From Flavobacterium sp. (GTDB lineage: Bacteria > Bacteroidota > Bacteroidia > Flavobacteriales > Flavobacteriaceae), in the NCBI GenBank assembly GCA_030145825.1, contig JAIXHM010000001.1:1-47765 (forward strand): a stretch of DNA of 47,765 nucleotides, in the 5' to 3' direction. The notes under the pieces were generated by a model. That model made no database searches and had not been told where the DNA came from. It saw only the letters and a program-made list of their open reading frames with translations. Shown here in pieces: positions 19,913 to 30,475 of this stretch. Made by a program: the position numbers and the translations under genes. The first letter of the stretch is position 1. Each line of letters begins with the position of its first letter.

Positions 19913-21016
19913 TTAATTTATGATTCGTTTGTTTCCTTTGATTAATAAAGCTAATAAAATAAAATTAGCCACAAGAATTGGACTTATAATTCCTAAATGA
20001 ATTTTGTTTAACATAAAAGCCAAATACAACAAATGGGTTATAAAAATGACTTTTGCTAAAACTGAAATTTTTTGTTTTTCGTTCTTATAGAAGTAAAAGG
20101 CTAATGCTAGATATATAGGATTAATTAGTAACGCGTTGTAATTCCATAAAACTTCTTCATGGAAAGAGTATAATCCTACGACACAAAAAAATAAACCTAA
20201 AAAGCCAAGAATTGCAAAATAAGTAAGTAACAACCATTTTTTTCTAGTAAGTACAATTAATGCCAAAATAGCTATTAAAGTGTAAATATTGTCTAAAAAA
20301 TGTGGTTGATAGTAAATTTTAACTGCTTCATAAAGCGTTTCTTTTTCTTCAGCTATTGGATTTCGTTCAAGCGATTGAATCAATTCTAACGGTAAAAATA
20401 AACGTTCTGCTGGTTGATCTACTTTGGTTCCAAAAATTAAATTAATTCCGAGTTTTTGAAAGAAAAAGTTATCCATATAGGGATATAAAATTTCTCGGTA
20501 CGTTTTTTCAATCGGTTTTATAGATTCAATTTTATGATTTTTAATTTGCTCATTTACTTTATCAATAACCATTGTAGTACAGTTTCTATCGATAAATTTA
20601 TAAGTGTAAAATCTTTCGTCTGAATATAAAGACTGATTTAAGGAATCAAATAAGCTTTGTTTTTCGGTTTGTGAAAGTTTTATTTTTTGTTCGTAAACAG
20701 AACGTTGTTCTAATTGATAATTGTAATAAAAATTTGAAAAAGTATTTGTGCTAACAAAATATTGTAAATCTCCTTTAATAAATTTCAACATAAAATTTGG
20801 AGTTTCAAAATCGAAAGTTCCATAATTGAATACAATGTCTAGATTATTAGGAATGTCTTTAATTCTAATGGCTGTATGACCATAAAGTGAATAAGATTCG
20901 TTTCCAGTACCACAATTTAAAATGCTGATTTCGCTATTTTCTGAAAGAATAATATTTTGAGAAAACCCAAAAAAAGTTAAAAAAATTAGAATTAGCGTAA
21001 ATAATTTTAATTTCAT
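19913..21016 (-). CDS. DUF4105 / Lnb-like lipoprotein N-acyltransferase
   Basis: YSLYGHTAIR, FNYGTFDF, YKFIDRNCTT, four C-terminal transmembrane helices. Confidence 0.8.
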   Translation of the reverse strand: MKLKLFTLILIFLTFFGFSQNIILSENSEISILNCGTGNESYSLYGHTAIRIKDIPNNLDIVFNYGTFDFETPNFMLKFIKGDLQYFVSTNTFSNFYYNYQLEQRSVYEQKIKLSQTEKQSLFDSLNQSLYSDERFYTYKFIDRNCTTMVIDKVNEQIKNHKIESIKPIEKTYREILYPYMDNFFFQKLGINLIFGTKVDQPAERLFLPLELIQSLERNPIAEEKETLYEAVKIYYQPHFLDNIYTLIAILALIVLTRKKWLLLTYFAILGFLGLFFCVVGLYSFHEEVLWNYNALLINPIYLALAFYFYKNEKQKISVLAKVIFITHLLYLAFMLNKIHLGIISPILVANFILLALLIKGNKRIIN

Positions 21017-21064
21017 AATGTTTCAAACAAAGTTGTCCAAAGTTAAGTTTTTCCAAGCAATTAC

Positions 21065-22144
21065 TTATCGGAAAATTCCAAAATCAACTTTTATAGAAAA
21101 TATGTTAGAATATAAAGCAGTACTTTGATTTCCTAAATCGGTTAAAGCATAATCTACTTGAATTCCTTTGTATTTGAAACCTACACCAAAGTTGGGTTGA
21201 AAACTTAGTTTATTTGAACCGTCAATTTGAGTAATTTGTTGAAAATTACCAACGCCACCTCGTAAGAAAATTAAATCGATATAACCCGCTTCAAAACCAA
21301 CAGCAGGATCCACACTAACAATATTGGTCGAAATAATATCGTTTGTTTTTGCAAATTGCATGTTTAAGTTAGCAGCTCCAGTTATGCTGTAATCATATCT
21401 AATAATATATTTTTTAGAAATTCCTAATTGCGCTTTTGGAAGTGTAACCTCAGAAGTTTCCGGAAGTTCTTGATTTTCACCAGGAATTGCATCTCTAATT
21501 TCGTTGTATTTATCTTCGTTAATTGTCCAAGTATTGTAAGTTGTAGTAATGTCGCGTAACATTAAACCAAATTTCCAATCTTCTTCATCACTTATATATT
21601 GAAACCCTAAATCGAAACCAAATCCCCATGAACTTGCAAAATCTCCAATGATTCTATGAATAATTTTTGCATTGATTCCATAGTTTAAACCGTCAATTGG
21701 TAAACTTCTTGCGTATGAAACAGTCAAACCATAATCGGCAGTAGAAAATAATGAAATTCTATTGTAATCAATATTTCCTTGGCTGTCTATTAATTGTGTG
21801 GTATCTAAAATATCATCAACCCCAAAACGAATTAAAGAAATTCCAACAGCACTTCTGTCGTCAATTGGCATTCCAAAAGCGGCATAATCATATTGCGCTA
21901 TATTAGCAAAGTAATTTGCATGCATTAAGCCAAGTTGGTTATCTTCGAGATTTAATAATCCTGCAGGATTCCAGTAGCCCGAGTTTACATCGCCAGTTTG
22001 GGCTGTAACGGTATTACTCATACCTAAAGCCGCAGCATCAACTCCAATATTCATAAACTCATTAGAATATTTACGAACAGTTTGAGACCAAGTATGTTGG
22101 CTTAAAAAAATTAAAAAGAGTAAAACAATTTTCTTCAAAAACAA
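21065..22144 (-). CDS. PorV/PorQ-family outer-membrane beta-barrel (T9SS-associated)
   Basis: Signal peptide; FMNIGVDAAALGM, YWNPAGL, DYALTDLG. Confidence 0.8.
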   Translation of the reverse strand: MFLKKIVLLFLIFLSQHTWSQTVRKYSNEFMNIGVDAAALGMSNTVTAQTGDVNSGYWNPAGLLNLEDNQLGLMHANYFANIAQYDYAAFGMPIDDRSAVGISLIRFGVDDILDTTQLIDSQGNIDYNRISLFSTADYGLTVSYARSLPIDGLNYGINAKIIHRIIGDFASSWGFGFDLGFQYISDEEDWKFGLMLRDITTTYNTWTINEDKYNEIRDAIPGENQELPETSEVTLPKAQLGISKKYIIRYDYSITGAANLNMQFAKTNDIISTNIVSVDPAVGFEAGYIDLIFLRGGVGNFQQITQIDGSNKLSFQPNFGVGFKYKGIQVDYALTDLGNQSTALYSNIFSIKVDFGIFR

Positions 22145-22240
22145 TATTTTTTACAAATATCAAATAAAAATCTTAATTACTAAACTTTAAAAGTGCTAAC
22201 TTATTGTATTATCTTTGTTCAAAGTTTAAAATTAAAGATT

Positions 22241-22984
22241 ATGTCAATAACCAAGTATATTCCAAATGGACTTACTTTACTTAACTTGTTATCAGGTCTT
22301 TTGGCCTTAGTAAGTGTTTTTAATGGATATTACGATCATGCTTTTTATTTTGTTTGTTTAGGAATATTCTTTGATTTTTGGGATGGTTTTGCAGCTAGAA
22401 AATTAAATGTATCGAGCGATTTAGGCCTTCAATTAGATTCTCTTGCCGATATGGTTACTAGTGGTGTTGTGCCTGGATTGATGATGTTTAAATTATTTGA
22501 ATTCATTCAAGCGGAAACTCCTGAATATATGTTGACAGACGAAACTTTTTACATGGGATTTGTTCCTTATTTAGGTTTTTTAATTACGCTTGCTTCTTGT
22601 TATCGTTTGGCTAATTTTAATATCGATCCAAGACAAACAGATCATTTTATTGGATTACCAACTCCTGCAAATGCTTTGTTTGTTATGAGTATTCCTATGA
22701 TTCAATATGCTGATCAATATCAATGGTTAACCGATTTATTGTATAATCCTTATGTATTATTAGTTATTACTTTAGTGAGTACTTATTTGTTGAATGCTGA
22801 AGTAGTTTTATTTTCTTTAAAAGTGAAAAATATTAATTGGAAAGAAAATAAGTTGCAAATTTCCTTTTTAATTTTTGCCGTATTGCTTTTAATTCTTTTT
22901 CAAGTAGTTGCTATTCCATTGATTATCTTATCATACATTGTAGTTTCTTTTTTTGTAAATAGATTAAAAGTTACTAATGCCTAA
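22241..22984 (+). CDS. pssA: CDP-diacylglycerol--serine O-phosphatidyltransferase
   Basis: PNGLTLLNL, DFWDGFAAR...GLQLDSLAD, FIGLPTPA; ATG at 22241. Confidence 0.85.
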   Translation: MSITKYIPNGLTLLNLLSGLLALVSVFNGYYDHAFYFVCLGIFFDFWDGFAARKLNVSSDLGLQLDSLADMVTSGVVPGLMMFKLFEFIQAETPEYMLTDETFYMGFVPYLGFLITLASCYRLANFNIDPRQTDHFIGLPTPANALFVMSIPMIQYADQYQWLTDLLYNPYVLLVITLVSTYLLNAEVVLFSLKVKNINWKENKLQISFLIFAVLLLILFQVVAIPLIILSYIVVSFFVNRLKVTNA

Positions 22985-23837
22985 ATATCCGGTAAAGAAA
23001 AAAACTTTTACGAAGTCTAAAACTAACAGAAAAACTAGTACAAGTTTTAGAATATTTATTTATTTGTTTGTTTTCTTTGTTATTACTGGTTTAGGAATTT
23101 TTACTTACGAATACGCCGATGGTTTATTGTTTTACCTAGGTTTTAAATCTAAAAATGAATATGGTTTAACTAAAGAAGAAAGACGTGTAAATGATATTCA
23201 TATTTATGAAGTGTTAGATACTCATAAAGACTTTATGATAGGTTTTGATATTTCAGAATATCAAGAAAAAATTGAATGGGAGAGCCTAGGTAAAATTGAA
23301 GATACTTTCGATTTAAATTTTGTGTTTGTTAGAGCTACTGCTGGCAAAAATAAAGTAGATAAGCGTTTTAAAGAAAATTGGAAAGCATCAAAAGAAAAAG
23401 GAATTATTCGTGGCGCTTATCATTATTATCGTCCAAATGAAAATTCTATTCAACAAGCTAATAATTTTATTAAAACGGTAAAATTAGAAAAAGGCGATTT
23501 ACCACCCGTTTTAGATATCGAAAAATTGCCACGAACACAATCTTTAGATAGTTTAAAAAAAGGATTAGGACGTTGGTTAATTAGAGTTGAGCAACATTAT
23601 AAAATGAAGCCAATTATTTACTCAGGCGAGAGTTATTACACCGATTTTTTACGTAAAGAATTTTCAGAGTATCCCTTTTGGATTGCTAATTATAACTTTT
23701 GGAGAAAAAAGCCAGATGATCATTGGTTAATTTGGCAATTTACCGAAAAAGCTCAAGTAAATGGGGTAAAAGGTTTAGTTGATGTTAATCTTTTTAATGG
23801 CGATTTTATAAAGTTAATAGAAAATACTAAAGATTAA
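22977..23837 (+). CDS. Glycoside hydrolase family 25 (lysozyme-like), membrane anchored
   Basis: GFDISEYQ, RGAYHYY, PPVLDIE, WQFT, VDVNLF. Confidence 0.92.
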   Translation: MPKYPVKKKTFTKSKTNRKTSTSFRIFIYLFVFFVITGLGIFTYEYADGLLFYLGFKSKNEYGLTKEERRVNDIHIYEVLDTHKDFMIGFDISEYQEKIEWESLGKIEDTFDLNFVFVRATAGKNKVDKRFKENWKASKEKGIIRGAYHYYRPNENSIQQANNFIKTVKLEKGDLPPVLDIEKLPRTQSLDSLKKGLGRWLIRVEQHYKMKPIIYSGESYYTDFLRKEFSEYPFWIANYNFWRKKPDDHWLIWQFTEKAQVNGVKGLVDVNLFNGDFIKLIENTKD

Positions 23838-23847
23838 TTTTTTTTTG

Positions 23848-23865
23848 TAATTTTGTTTAACAAAA
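23848..23865 (+). promoter_or_regulatory. -7 promoter element overlapped by palindrome TTTTGTT-T-AACAAAA
   Basis: TAATTTTG at 23848-23855; palindrome at 23851-23865; same palindrome recurs before crtI. Confidence 0.55.
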
Positions 23866-23877
23866 ATAGTTAAATAG

Positions 23878-24771
23878 ATGAACAATATTAAATCTGTTTT
23901 TAGTGTTAAGGATCTTGAGAACCTTTCTGGAGTTAAAGCGCATACCATTAGAATTTGGGAAAAACGATACAATTTATTTTCTCCAATTCGTGATGACAAT
24001 AATATTCGGTCTTATAATACCGATGATTTAAAAAAAATTTTAAATATTTCTTATCTAAATAATTTTGGATATAAAATATCCAAAATAGCTAAGCTCACCG
24101 AAAGTGAAATGGTAGCACTTACGCAGCAAATTTATTCAGAAAAAACTCAGGCTTCTTTCGCAATTTCAAATTTAAAGTTTGCAATGTTTAACTTTGATGC
24201 GAAACTTTTTCATTCAACTTATGACGAGTTAGAGAAATCTAAAAGTTTTGAAGAAATTTTCTACGATGTTTTTATTCCGCTACTAGATGAAATTGGTTTT
24301 TTATGGCAAACAGAAACACTAAAGCCTGTTCATGAGCATTTTATAAGTTCGCTTATAAGACAAAAATTATTTTCAGAAATTGAAAAAGCTCAAAAAAATG
24401 TAAATTTTTCTAATGAAGAGGTTTATGTCTTATATCTTCCCATGCATGAAATTCATGAATTGGGTATTATGTTTGTAAATTATTTATTACTGCGAAAAAA
24501 TAAACAAGTAATATATTTGGGCGAAAGTGTTCCCATGGAAGATCTTCATGAAGTTATAAAATATTACAATAAAATAACTTTTCTAAGCTACTTTACTGTC
24601 CAACCAGAAATTGATAATTTAGAAAGCTATTTGTTTGATTTTAAAAATTCAATATTAAAGAGAGAACAAGATAGATTTTATATTCTTGGTAAACAAGTTT
24701 CTGATTATCACTCACAAATACCAGGTATCTATACTTTTTCAGGAATTCAAGCGATGTTAATGACACTGTAA
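23878..24771 (+). CDS. MerR-family regulator with cobalamin-binding domain (CarH/LitR-like)
   Basis: AHTIRIWEKRY MerR HTH; W-x9-EH (WQTETLKPVHEH) and EIHELG; directly upstream of crt genes. Confidence 0.85.
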   Translation: MNNIKSVFSVKDLENLSGVKAHTIRIWEKRYNLFSPIRDDNNIRSYNTDDLKKILNISYLNNFGYKISKIAKLTESEMVALTQQIYSEKTQASFAISNLKFAMFNFDAKLFHSTYDELEKSKSFEEIFYDVFIPLLDEIGFLWQTETLKPVHEHFISSLIRQKLFSEIEKAQKNVNFSNEEVYVLYLPMHEIHELGIMFVNYLLLRKNKQVIYLGESVPMEDLHEVIKYYNKITFLSYFTVQPEIDNLESYLFDFKNSILKREQDRFYILGKQVSDYHSQIPGIYTFSGIQAMLMTL

Positions 24772-24810
24772 ATATTTCTTAATAAATTTAATTTTGTTTA
24801 ATTAAATTGC

Positions 24811-24827
24811 TATATTTGTTAAACAAA
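24811..24827 (+). promoter_or_regulatory. crtI -7 promoter element overlapped by palindrome TTTGTT-A-AACAAA
   Basis: TATATTTG at 24811-24818; palindrome at 24815-24827. Confidence 0.55.
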
Positions 24828-24835
24828 AAAATGTT

Positions 24836-26296
24836 ATGAAAAAGAAAATTGCCATAATTGGTTCTGGTTTTTCCTCGTTATCGGCAGCATGTTATTTAGC
24901 TAAAAGCGGTATCGATGTTACTGTTTTTGAAAAAAATGCTACGATAGGAGGAAGAGCTAGACGATTTTCAAAAGAAGGCTTCAATTTTGATATGGGACCT
25001 ACATGGTATTGGATGCCTGATGTTTTTGAGAAATTTTTCAATGATTTCAACAAAAAGCCTTCTGATTTTTACCAACTAGATAAGTTAGCACCAGCATATA
25101 AAGTATATTTTGGAGAAAATGAAGAAGTCACTATTTCTGATAGTTTAGATGATATTGCGAATACTTTTGAAAGTATAGAAAAAGGAAGTGGTAAAAAATT
25201 AAAAAAGTTCATTCAACAAGCAAAAGAAAATTATGCAATTGCGATTGAAAAAATGGTTTACAAACCTGGGGATTCTATATTTGAGTTAATTAGTTTAGAA
25301 ACAGCATTGAGGGTTAACCAGTTTTTTTCAACTATTAAAGGAGATGTAAGAAAAGAATTTAAGGATGAAAGATTAAGACAAATCTTAGAATTCCCGGTCT
25401 TGTTTCTAGGAGCAAAATCTTCAAATACACCATCGTTTTACAATTTTATGAATTATGCCGATTTTAGTTTAGGAACTTGGCATCCAAAAAAAGGAATGTA
25501 TGTAGTTGTTGAAGCTATGATAACTTTGGCTCAAAGTTTAGGAGTTAAATTTCAAACTAATGCTAATGTTTCGAAAATAATTGTTGAAAATGGTACAGCA
25601 AAAGGATTAGTTGTTAATAATGAGTCTTTGTTTTTTGATGTAGTTCTAAGTGGTGCCGATTATCATCATTCCGAAACTTTATTAGAAGAAAAGTATAGAG
25701 TGTATTCTGAAAAATATTGGGATAAGAAAATATTTGCTCCGTCTTCATTGCTTTTTTACGTTGGTTTTGATAAAAAAATTGAGAATGTAGAACATCATAC
25801 ATTATTTTTTGATACCTCATTTGAAGAGCATGCAAAAGAAATCTACGACACTAAGCAATGGCCAAAAGAACCGCTTTTTTATGCTAGTTTTCCATCTAAA
25901 ACAGATGCATATTTTGCTCCAAATGGAAAAGAAGCAGCTACTTTCTTAATTCCATTAGCTCCAGGTTTAGAAGATAATTTAGAATTACGTGAAAAGTATT
26001 TTGACATAATAATTGACCGTTTAGAAAAATTAACAGGTCAAAGTTTAAAAAAATTCGTACTTTTCAAAGAGAGTTTTTGTGTAGCCGATTTTATAGCGGA
26101 CTATAATTCATATAAAGGAAATGCTTATGGTTTAGCTAATATTTTAACCCAAACAGCATTTTTAAGACCTAAAATAAAGAGTAGAAAAGTTCAAAATTTA
26201 TTTTTTACTGGACAGTTAACCGTTCCTGGACCAGGTGTGCCTCCTTCAATTATCTCAGGAAAAATTGTAAGCGATAAAATTTTAAAATCTCTTTAA
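24836..26296 (+). CDS. crtI: Phytoene desaturase
   Basis: IIGSGFSSL FAD motif, FDMGPTWYWMPD, GQLTVPGPGVPP. Confidence 0.93.
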   Translation: MKKKIAIIGSGFSSLSAACYLAKSGIDVTVFEKNATIGGRARRFSKEGFNFDMGPTWYWMPDVFEKFFNDFNKKPSDFYQLDKLAPAYKVYFGENEEVTISDSLDDIANTFESIEKGSGKKLKKFIQQAKENYAIAIEKMVYKPGDSIFELISLETALRVNQFFSTIKGDVRKEFKDERLRQILEFPVLFLGAKSSNTPSFYNFMNYADFSLGTWHPKKGMYVVVEAMITLAQSLGVKFQTNANVSKIIVENGTAKGLVVNNESLFFDVVLSGADYHHSETLLEEKYRVYSEKYWDKKIFAPSSLLFYVGFDKKIENVEHHTLFFDTSFEEHAKEIYDTKQWPKEPLFYASFPSKTDAYFAPNGKEAATFLIPLAPGLEDNLELREKYFDIIIDRLEKLTGQSLKKFVLFKESFCVADFIADYNSYKGNAYGLANILTQTAFLRPKIKSRKVQNLFFTGQLTVPGPGVPPSIISGKIVSDKILKSL

Positions 26297-26297
26297 C

Positions 26298-27140
26298 ATG
26301 AAAGTACTTTTTGATAACGCCTCATTAGAATGCAGCAAAAAAATTACGAAGATGTATAGCACATCTTTTTCATTAGCAATTAAAATGTTAGCTCCTGAAA
26401 TTCAAGATGATATTTACGCTATATACGGTTTTGTGCGTTGTGCAGATGAAATTGTAGATACATTTGAAGCTTATGAGCAAGAATTGCTTTTAGATGAATT
26501 TGAAGCAGAGTATGAAAAAGCATTGGAACGAAAAATTAGTTTAAATCCTGTTTTAAATGCTTTTCAAAAAGTCGTTCATCAATATGGGTTACAAGAACTA
26601 GTAAAACCATTTATGCATAGTATGCGAATGGATTTAACTAAAAAGGAGTATGCAACAATAGAAGAATATGAACAGTATATATATGGATCGGCTGATGTTG
26701 TTGGATTGATGTGTTTGAAAGTTTTTGTAAAAGGAGATGAAACTAAGTACGAAGAACTTAAAGAAAGTGCAATGCGATTGGGGTCTGCTTTTCAAAAAGT
26801 AAATTTTTTACGTGATTTGAAACATGATTATGAAAGTTTAGGTAGAGTTTACTTTCCTGGAATAGATTTCCAATCCCTAAGTAATGAAGACAAGTCTAAA
26901 ATAATAAATGAAATAAATCAAGACTTTGAAGAAGCCTTTAAAGGTATTTTAAAATTACCTATTGAAGCTAAATTTGGGGTTTATACAGCTTATCGCTATT
27001 ACAAAAGTTTAATGCAAAAAATTAGTAAAACACAACCCGATGAATTTTTAAGTAAGCGAATTCGAGTTTCAAACCCATTAAAATTAGTAATTTTGGGTAA
27101 ATCATATTTACGTTACCAATTTAATATTATTCAAGCCTAA
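26298..27140 (+). CDS. crtB: Phytoene synthase
   Basis: YSTSF, RCADEIVD, YIYGSADVVG, NFLRDLKHD. Confidence 0.95.
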   Translation: MKVLFDNASLECSKKITKMYSTSFSLAIKMLAPEIQDDIYAIYGFVRCADEIVDTFEAYEQELLLDEFEAEYEKALERKISLNPVLNAFQKVVHQYGLQELVKPFMHSMRMDLTKKEYATIEEYEQYIYGSADVVGLMCLKVFVKGDETKYEELKESAMRLGSAFQKVNFLRDLKHDYESLGRVYFPGIDFQSLSNEDKSKIINEINQDFEEAFKGILKLPIEAKFGVYTAYRYYKSLMQKISKTQPDEFLSKRIRVSNPLKLVILGKSYLRYQFNIIQA

Positions 27141-27589
27141 TGGACATTTTACTTTATATTGGAATTACTTTAGCAACTTTCATTGTTATGGAAGGAATCA
27201 CTTGGTGTACTCATAAATTTGTGATGCATGGTTTTTTATGGTATTTACATGAAGATCATCATCAGCCAAAATATCAAGGTATTTTTGAAAAGAACGATGC
27301 TTTTTTTGTCATTTTTGCGATTCCAAGTATTGCTTTATTCTATTTTGGATTAGAACCCGAACTTAACTTTAAATTCTTTATTGGTTTAGGTATTTTATTA
27401 TATGGAATTGCTTATTTTTTAGTGCACGATGTTTTAATTCACCAACGTTTCAAATGGTTTAAACATACTAAGAATAAATATTTAATTGGACTTAGAAAAG
27501 CACACAAAGTGCACCATAAGCATTTGGGTAAAGAACATGGTGAATGTTTTGGAATGCTAAATGTTCCAAAAAAGTATTTTTCAATGTAA
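27140..27589 (+). CDS. crtZ: Beta-carotene hydroxylase
   Basis: His boxes HKFVMHG, HEDHH, HDVLIHQR, HKVHH. Confidence 0.93.
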   Translation: MDILLYIGITLATFIVMEGITWCTHKFVMHGFLWYLHEDHHQPKYQGIFEKNDAFFVIFAIPSIALFYFGLEPELNFKFFIGLGILLYGIAYFLVHDVLIHQRFKWFKHTKNKYLIGLRKAHKVHHKHLGKEHGECFGMLNVPKKYFSM

Positions 27590-28270
27590 ATGGAAAAGTA
27601 TCTCTACTTAACAATTGATTTATTGACACTATCTGTGCCATTAATAGCTAGTTTTTATCCAAAACATGCTTATTATAAGAATTGGTTTGCTTTGTTTAAA
27701 GGGATTGTTATTGTCGGACTTTTCTTTTTAATTTGGGATGCATATTTTACAAATATTGGTGTTTGGGGATTTAACGAACGTTATTTAATTGGAATTAAAG
27801 TATTCAATTTGCCTTTAGAAGAGGCTTTGTTCTTTATTTGTATTCCTTATTCGAGTGTGTTTGTTTATTTTTCGATGGAATATTTATTAAAAAAAAATCC
27901 ACTAGAGAAATCACATAAATTAATTACTAATTTTCTTTTAACGTTTTCTATTGTTGTTTTGGTAATGAATTACAATAAATGGTACACGGCTTCTACATTT
28001 GGATTTTTAGCGTTGTATTTATTGTTTCATTTGTATCGAAAAACCTATTTGGGCCGACATTATCTTTCTTATGCTTTAACCTTGGTTTTCTTTTTTATCG
28101 TAAACGGAGTATTAACAGGAAGTTTTATTGAGGAACCCGTAGTTTGGTACAATGATGCAGAAAATCTTGGAATAAGAATTGGTACAATTCCTTTTGAAGA
28201 TGCTTTTTATGGTTTTTTGTTGATTGCCGGAATTATTGATTGGTTTGATTGTTTTAGAATTAAGAAATAA
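27590..28270 (+). CDS. crtY: Membrane lycopene cyclase (CrtYcd-type fusion)
   Basis: Two repeats ending LPLEEALFF and IPFEDAFY; position in the crt operon. Confidence 0.85.
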   Translation: MEKYLYLTIDLLTLSVPLIASFYPKHAYYKNWFALFKGIVIVGLFFLIWDAYFTNIGVWGFNERYLIGIKVFNLPLEEALFFICIPYSSVFVYFSMEYLLKKNPLEKSHKLITNFLLTFSIVVLVMNYNKWYTASTFGFLALYLLFHLYRKTYLGRHYLSYALTLVFFFIVNGVLTGSFIEEPVVWYNDAENLGIRIGTIPFEDAFYGFLLIAGIIDWFDCFRIKK

Positions 28271-28275
28271 ATAAT

Positions 28276-28347
28276 TGTCACTTCGAGCGGACTCAAGAAG
28301 TCGCATTAACTAAGATTATAAGATTCCGAAACAAGTTCGGAATGACA
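28276..28347. repeat. REP/REPIN-like palindromic element between convergent genes
   Basis: TGTCACTTCGAGCGGACTCAAGAAGT...AGATTCCGAAACAAGTTCGGAATGACA; TGTCA/TGACA ends. Confidence 0.6.
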
Positions 28348-28349
28348 AA

Positions 28350-29153
28350 TTACTCGGTATCTTTATTCAAATTCAATTCACCTCTTCCGTGAATAATCGT
28401 AGTTTTAGGTGCATCAAAATCGATTTTCTTTTTACGTAACTCAAAATTCTGACCTAAATAAACTCGACGTACAACTTCATCAGCTGCTAATTCTTCTGGT
28501 TTACCAGCTTTTAGAATACCACCTTCAAACATTAAGTAAGTTTTATCAGTAATCGCTAAAGTTTCTTGAACGTTGTGGTCGGTAATTAAAATACCAATGT
28601 TTTTATTTTTTAATTGGGCTACAATTCTTTGAATATCTTCAACCGCAACTGGGTCAACTCCAGCAAATGGTTCGTCTAATAAAATAAATTTTGGATCAGT
28701 TGCTAAAGCACGTGCAATTTCAGTACGTCTTCTTTCACCACCCGAAAGTAAATCACCACGATTTGTTCTAATATGTTGAAGTGCAAATTCATCAATTAAT
28801 TCTTCCATTTTAGCCTCTTGTTCTGCTTTTGAAAGAGTTGTTAATTGTAAAACACTCATAATATTGTCTTCAATACTTAATTTTCTGAAAACTGAAGCTT
28901 CTTGAGCCAAATAACCAATTCCGTGTTGTGCACGTTTGTACATGGGAAATTGAGTAATATCCATGTCGTCTAAATAAATGTTGCCACTATTTGGTTTTAC
29001 TAAACCTACAATCATGTAAAAAGATGTAGTTTTTCCAGCACCATTTGGCCCTAGTAATCCTACAATTTCTCCTTGATTTACTTCAACAGAAATTCCTTTT
29101 ACAACGGTACGTTTTTTGTAGGTTTTTATTAAATTATCAGCTCTTAGTTTCAT
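28350..29153 (-). CDS. lptB: LPS export ABC transporter ATP-binding protein
   Basis: [40 protein letters not shown]. Confidence 0.96.
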   Translation of the reverse strand: MKLRADNLIKTYKKRTVVKGISVEVNQGEIVGLLGPNGAGKTTSFYMIVGLVKPNSGNIYLDDMDITQFPMYKRAQHGIGYLAQEASVFRKLSIEDNIMSVLQLTTLSKAEQEAKMEELIDEFALQHIRTNRGDLLSGGERRRTEIARALATDPKFILLDEPFAGVDPVAVEDIQRIVAQLKNKNIGILITDHNVQETLAITDKTYLMFEGGILKAGKPEELAADEVVRRVYLGQNFELRKKKIDFDAPKTTIIHGRGELNLNKDTE

Positions 29154-29302
29154 TTTATTAATTTAAAAATTTGAAGATTTGAAAATATTATTGTTGTTTC
29201 CAAGCTTCATTTATTCAACAAGCAAATAAAGTTAAAAATAATTAATCAATCAGAGGTGTTAACAAATAATTACATCTTCAAATTGATTAATCTTCAAATC
29301 AA

Positions 29303-29647
29303 CTAATTATTTTCTAATGCTTCCCAAAACTCGTATGCTCTTCTTAAATGAGGAATTACAATTGTACCACCAACTAAAGTAGCAATACTCATTGCTTCCA
29401 TCATTTCTGTTTTTGTAATTCCGTTTTTGTAAGCAGTTTCTAAATGATATTTAATGCAATCATCACATCTTAAAACTGCTGAAGCAACTAAGCCTAACAG
29501 CTCTTTTGTTTTAACATCTAGAGCACCTTCCATGTAAGCATTGGTGTCTAAATTAAAAATTCTTTTAATTACTTTATTATCATCGGCTAATAATTTTTCG
29601 TTCATTTTAGCACGATAGTCGTTGAACTCTTTTACTAAATCACTCAT
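29303..29647 (-). CDS. Carboxymuconolactone decarboxylase/AhpD family protein
   Basis: GALDVKTKEL, CDDCIKYH. Confidence 0.88.
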   Translation of the reverse strand: MSDLVKEFNDYRAKMNEKLLADDNKVIKRIFNLDTNAYMEGALDVKTKELLGLVASAVLRCDDCIKYHLETAYKNGITKTEMMEAMSIATLVGGTIVIPHLRRAYEFWEALENN

Positions 29648-29650
29648 AGC

Positions 29651-30475
29651 TTATTTTTTAATAATTTCTTTTGTTTGTAGCTCTTTTTTTACCACAGCGG
29701 CACTAATTAAAATACTGATTTCATATAGAATCATAATTGGTATGGCTACTACAATTTGACTCAAAATATCGGGAGGTGTAATAATTGCCGATAAAATAAG
29801 TACAATAATTAAAGTGTATTTTCGGTATTTTCTTAAAAATGAAGGAGTAACTAATCCAATCTTAGTTAAGAAATAAATGATAATTGGCAATTCAAAAAGT
29901 AATCCTGAAGCTACTGTTGATGAACGCAGTAAACTTATATACGATGTTAAATCAATATCGTTGAAAATTTGATTACTCACATTATAGTTAGCTAAAAAAT
30001 TAACCGATAAAGGTGCAATTAAATAATAACCAAATAACACTCCAATGAAGAAAAGCATTGATGCTACAAAGATGAATAATTTAGCATATTTTCTTTCTTT
30101 TTCATATAAAGCAGGACTAATGAATTTCCAAAATTCCCAAAGAATAAAAGGAAAACCAAGAATAAAGCCTGCTGTAATTGAAGTCCACATATGAGCTGAA
30201 AATTGTCCGCCCATTTCACGACTTTGAATACGCATTGGAATTTCAGTTACACATAAACTTTCGTCTAAGCCAAATCTTTGAGACAATTCGCAAAACCACT
30301 TATAAGTAATAAAATCAGGGTTTTTTGGGCCAAAAATAATTTGATCGAAAATAAAATCACTAAAGAAAAATGCAATCGTAGCACAAACTAAAACTGCAAT
30401 TGTACTTCTAACTAATAACCATCTCAATTCCTCAAGATGATCTAAAAAAGACATTTCTCCTAAATTCTTAGCCAT
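29651..30475 (-). CDS. tatC: Twin-arginine translocase subunit TatC
   Basis: MSFLDHLEELR, FISPALY, FELP, ITPPD, LYEISI. Confidence 0.96.
   Translation of the reverse strand: MAKNLGEMSFLDHLEELRWLLVRSTIAVLVCATIAFFFSDFIFDQIIFGPKNPDFITYKWFCELSQRFGLDESLCVTEIPMRIQSREMGGQFSAHMWTSITAGFILGFPFILWEFWKFISPALYEKERKYAKLFIFVASMLFFIGVLFGYYLIAPLSVNFLANYNVSNQIFNDIDLTSYISLLRSSTVASGLLFELPIIIYFLTKIGLVTPSFLRKYRKYTLIIVLILSAIITPPDILSQIVVAIPIMILYEISILISAAVVKKELQTKEIIKK

Noticed and set aside
22977-23837. GH25 lysozyme as a prophage endolysin
   Set aside because: Membrane-anchored, overlaps pssA and sits among core genes with no phage context.
28350-28420. Apparent C-terminal extension of LptB
   Set aside because: Short variable tail; cannot be shown to be unusual without an alignment.
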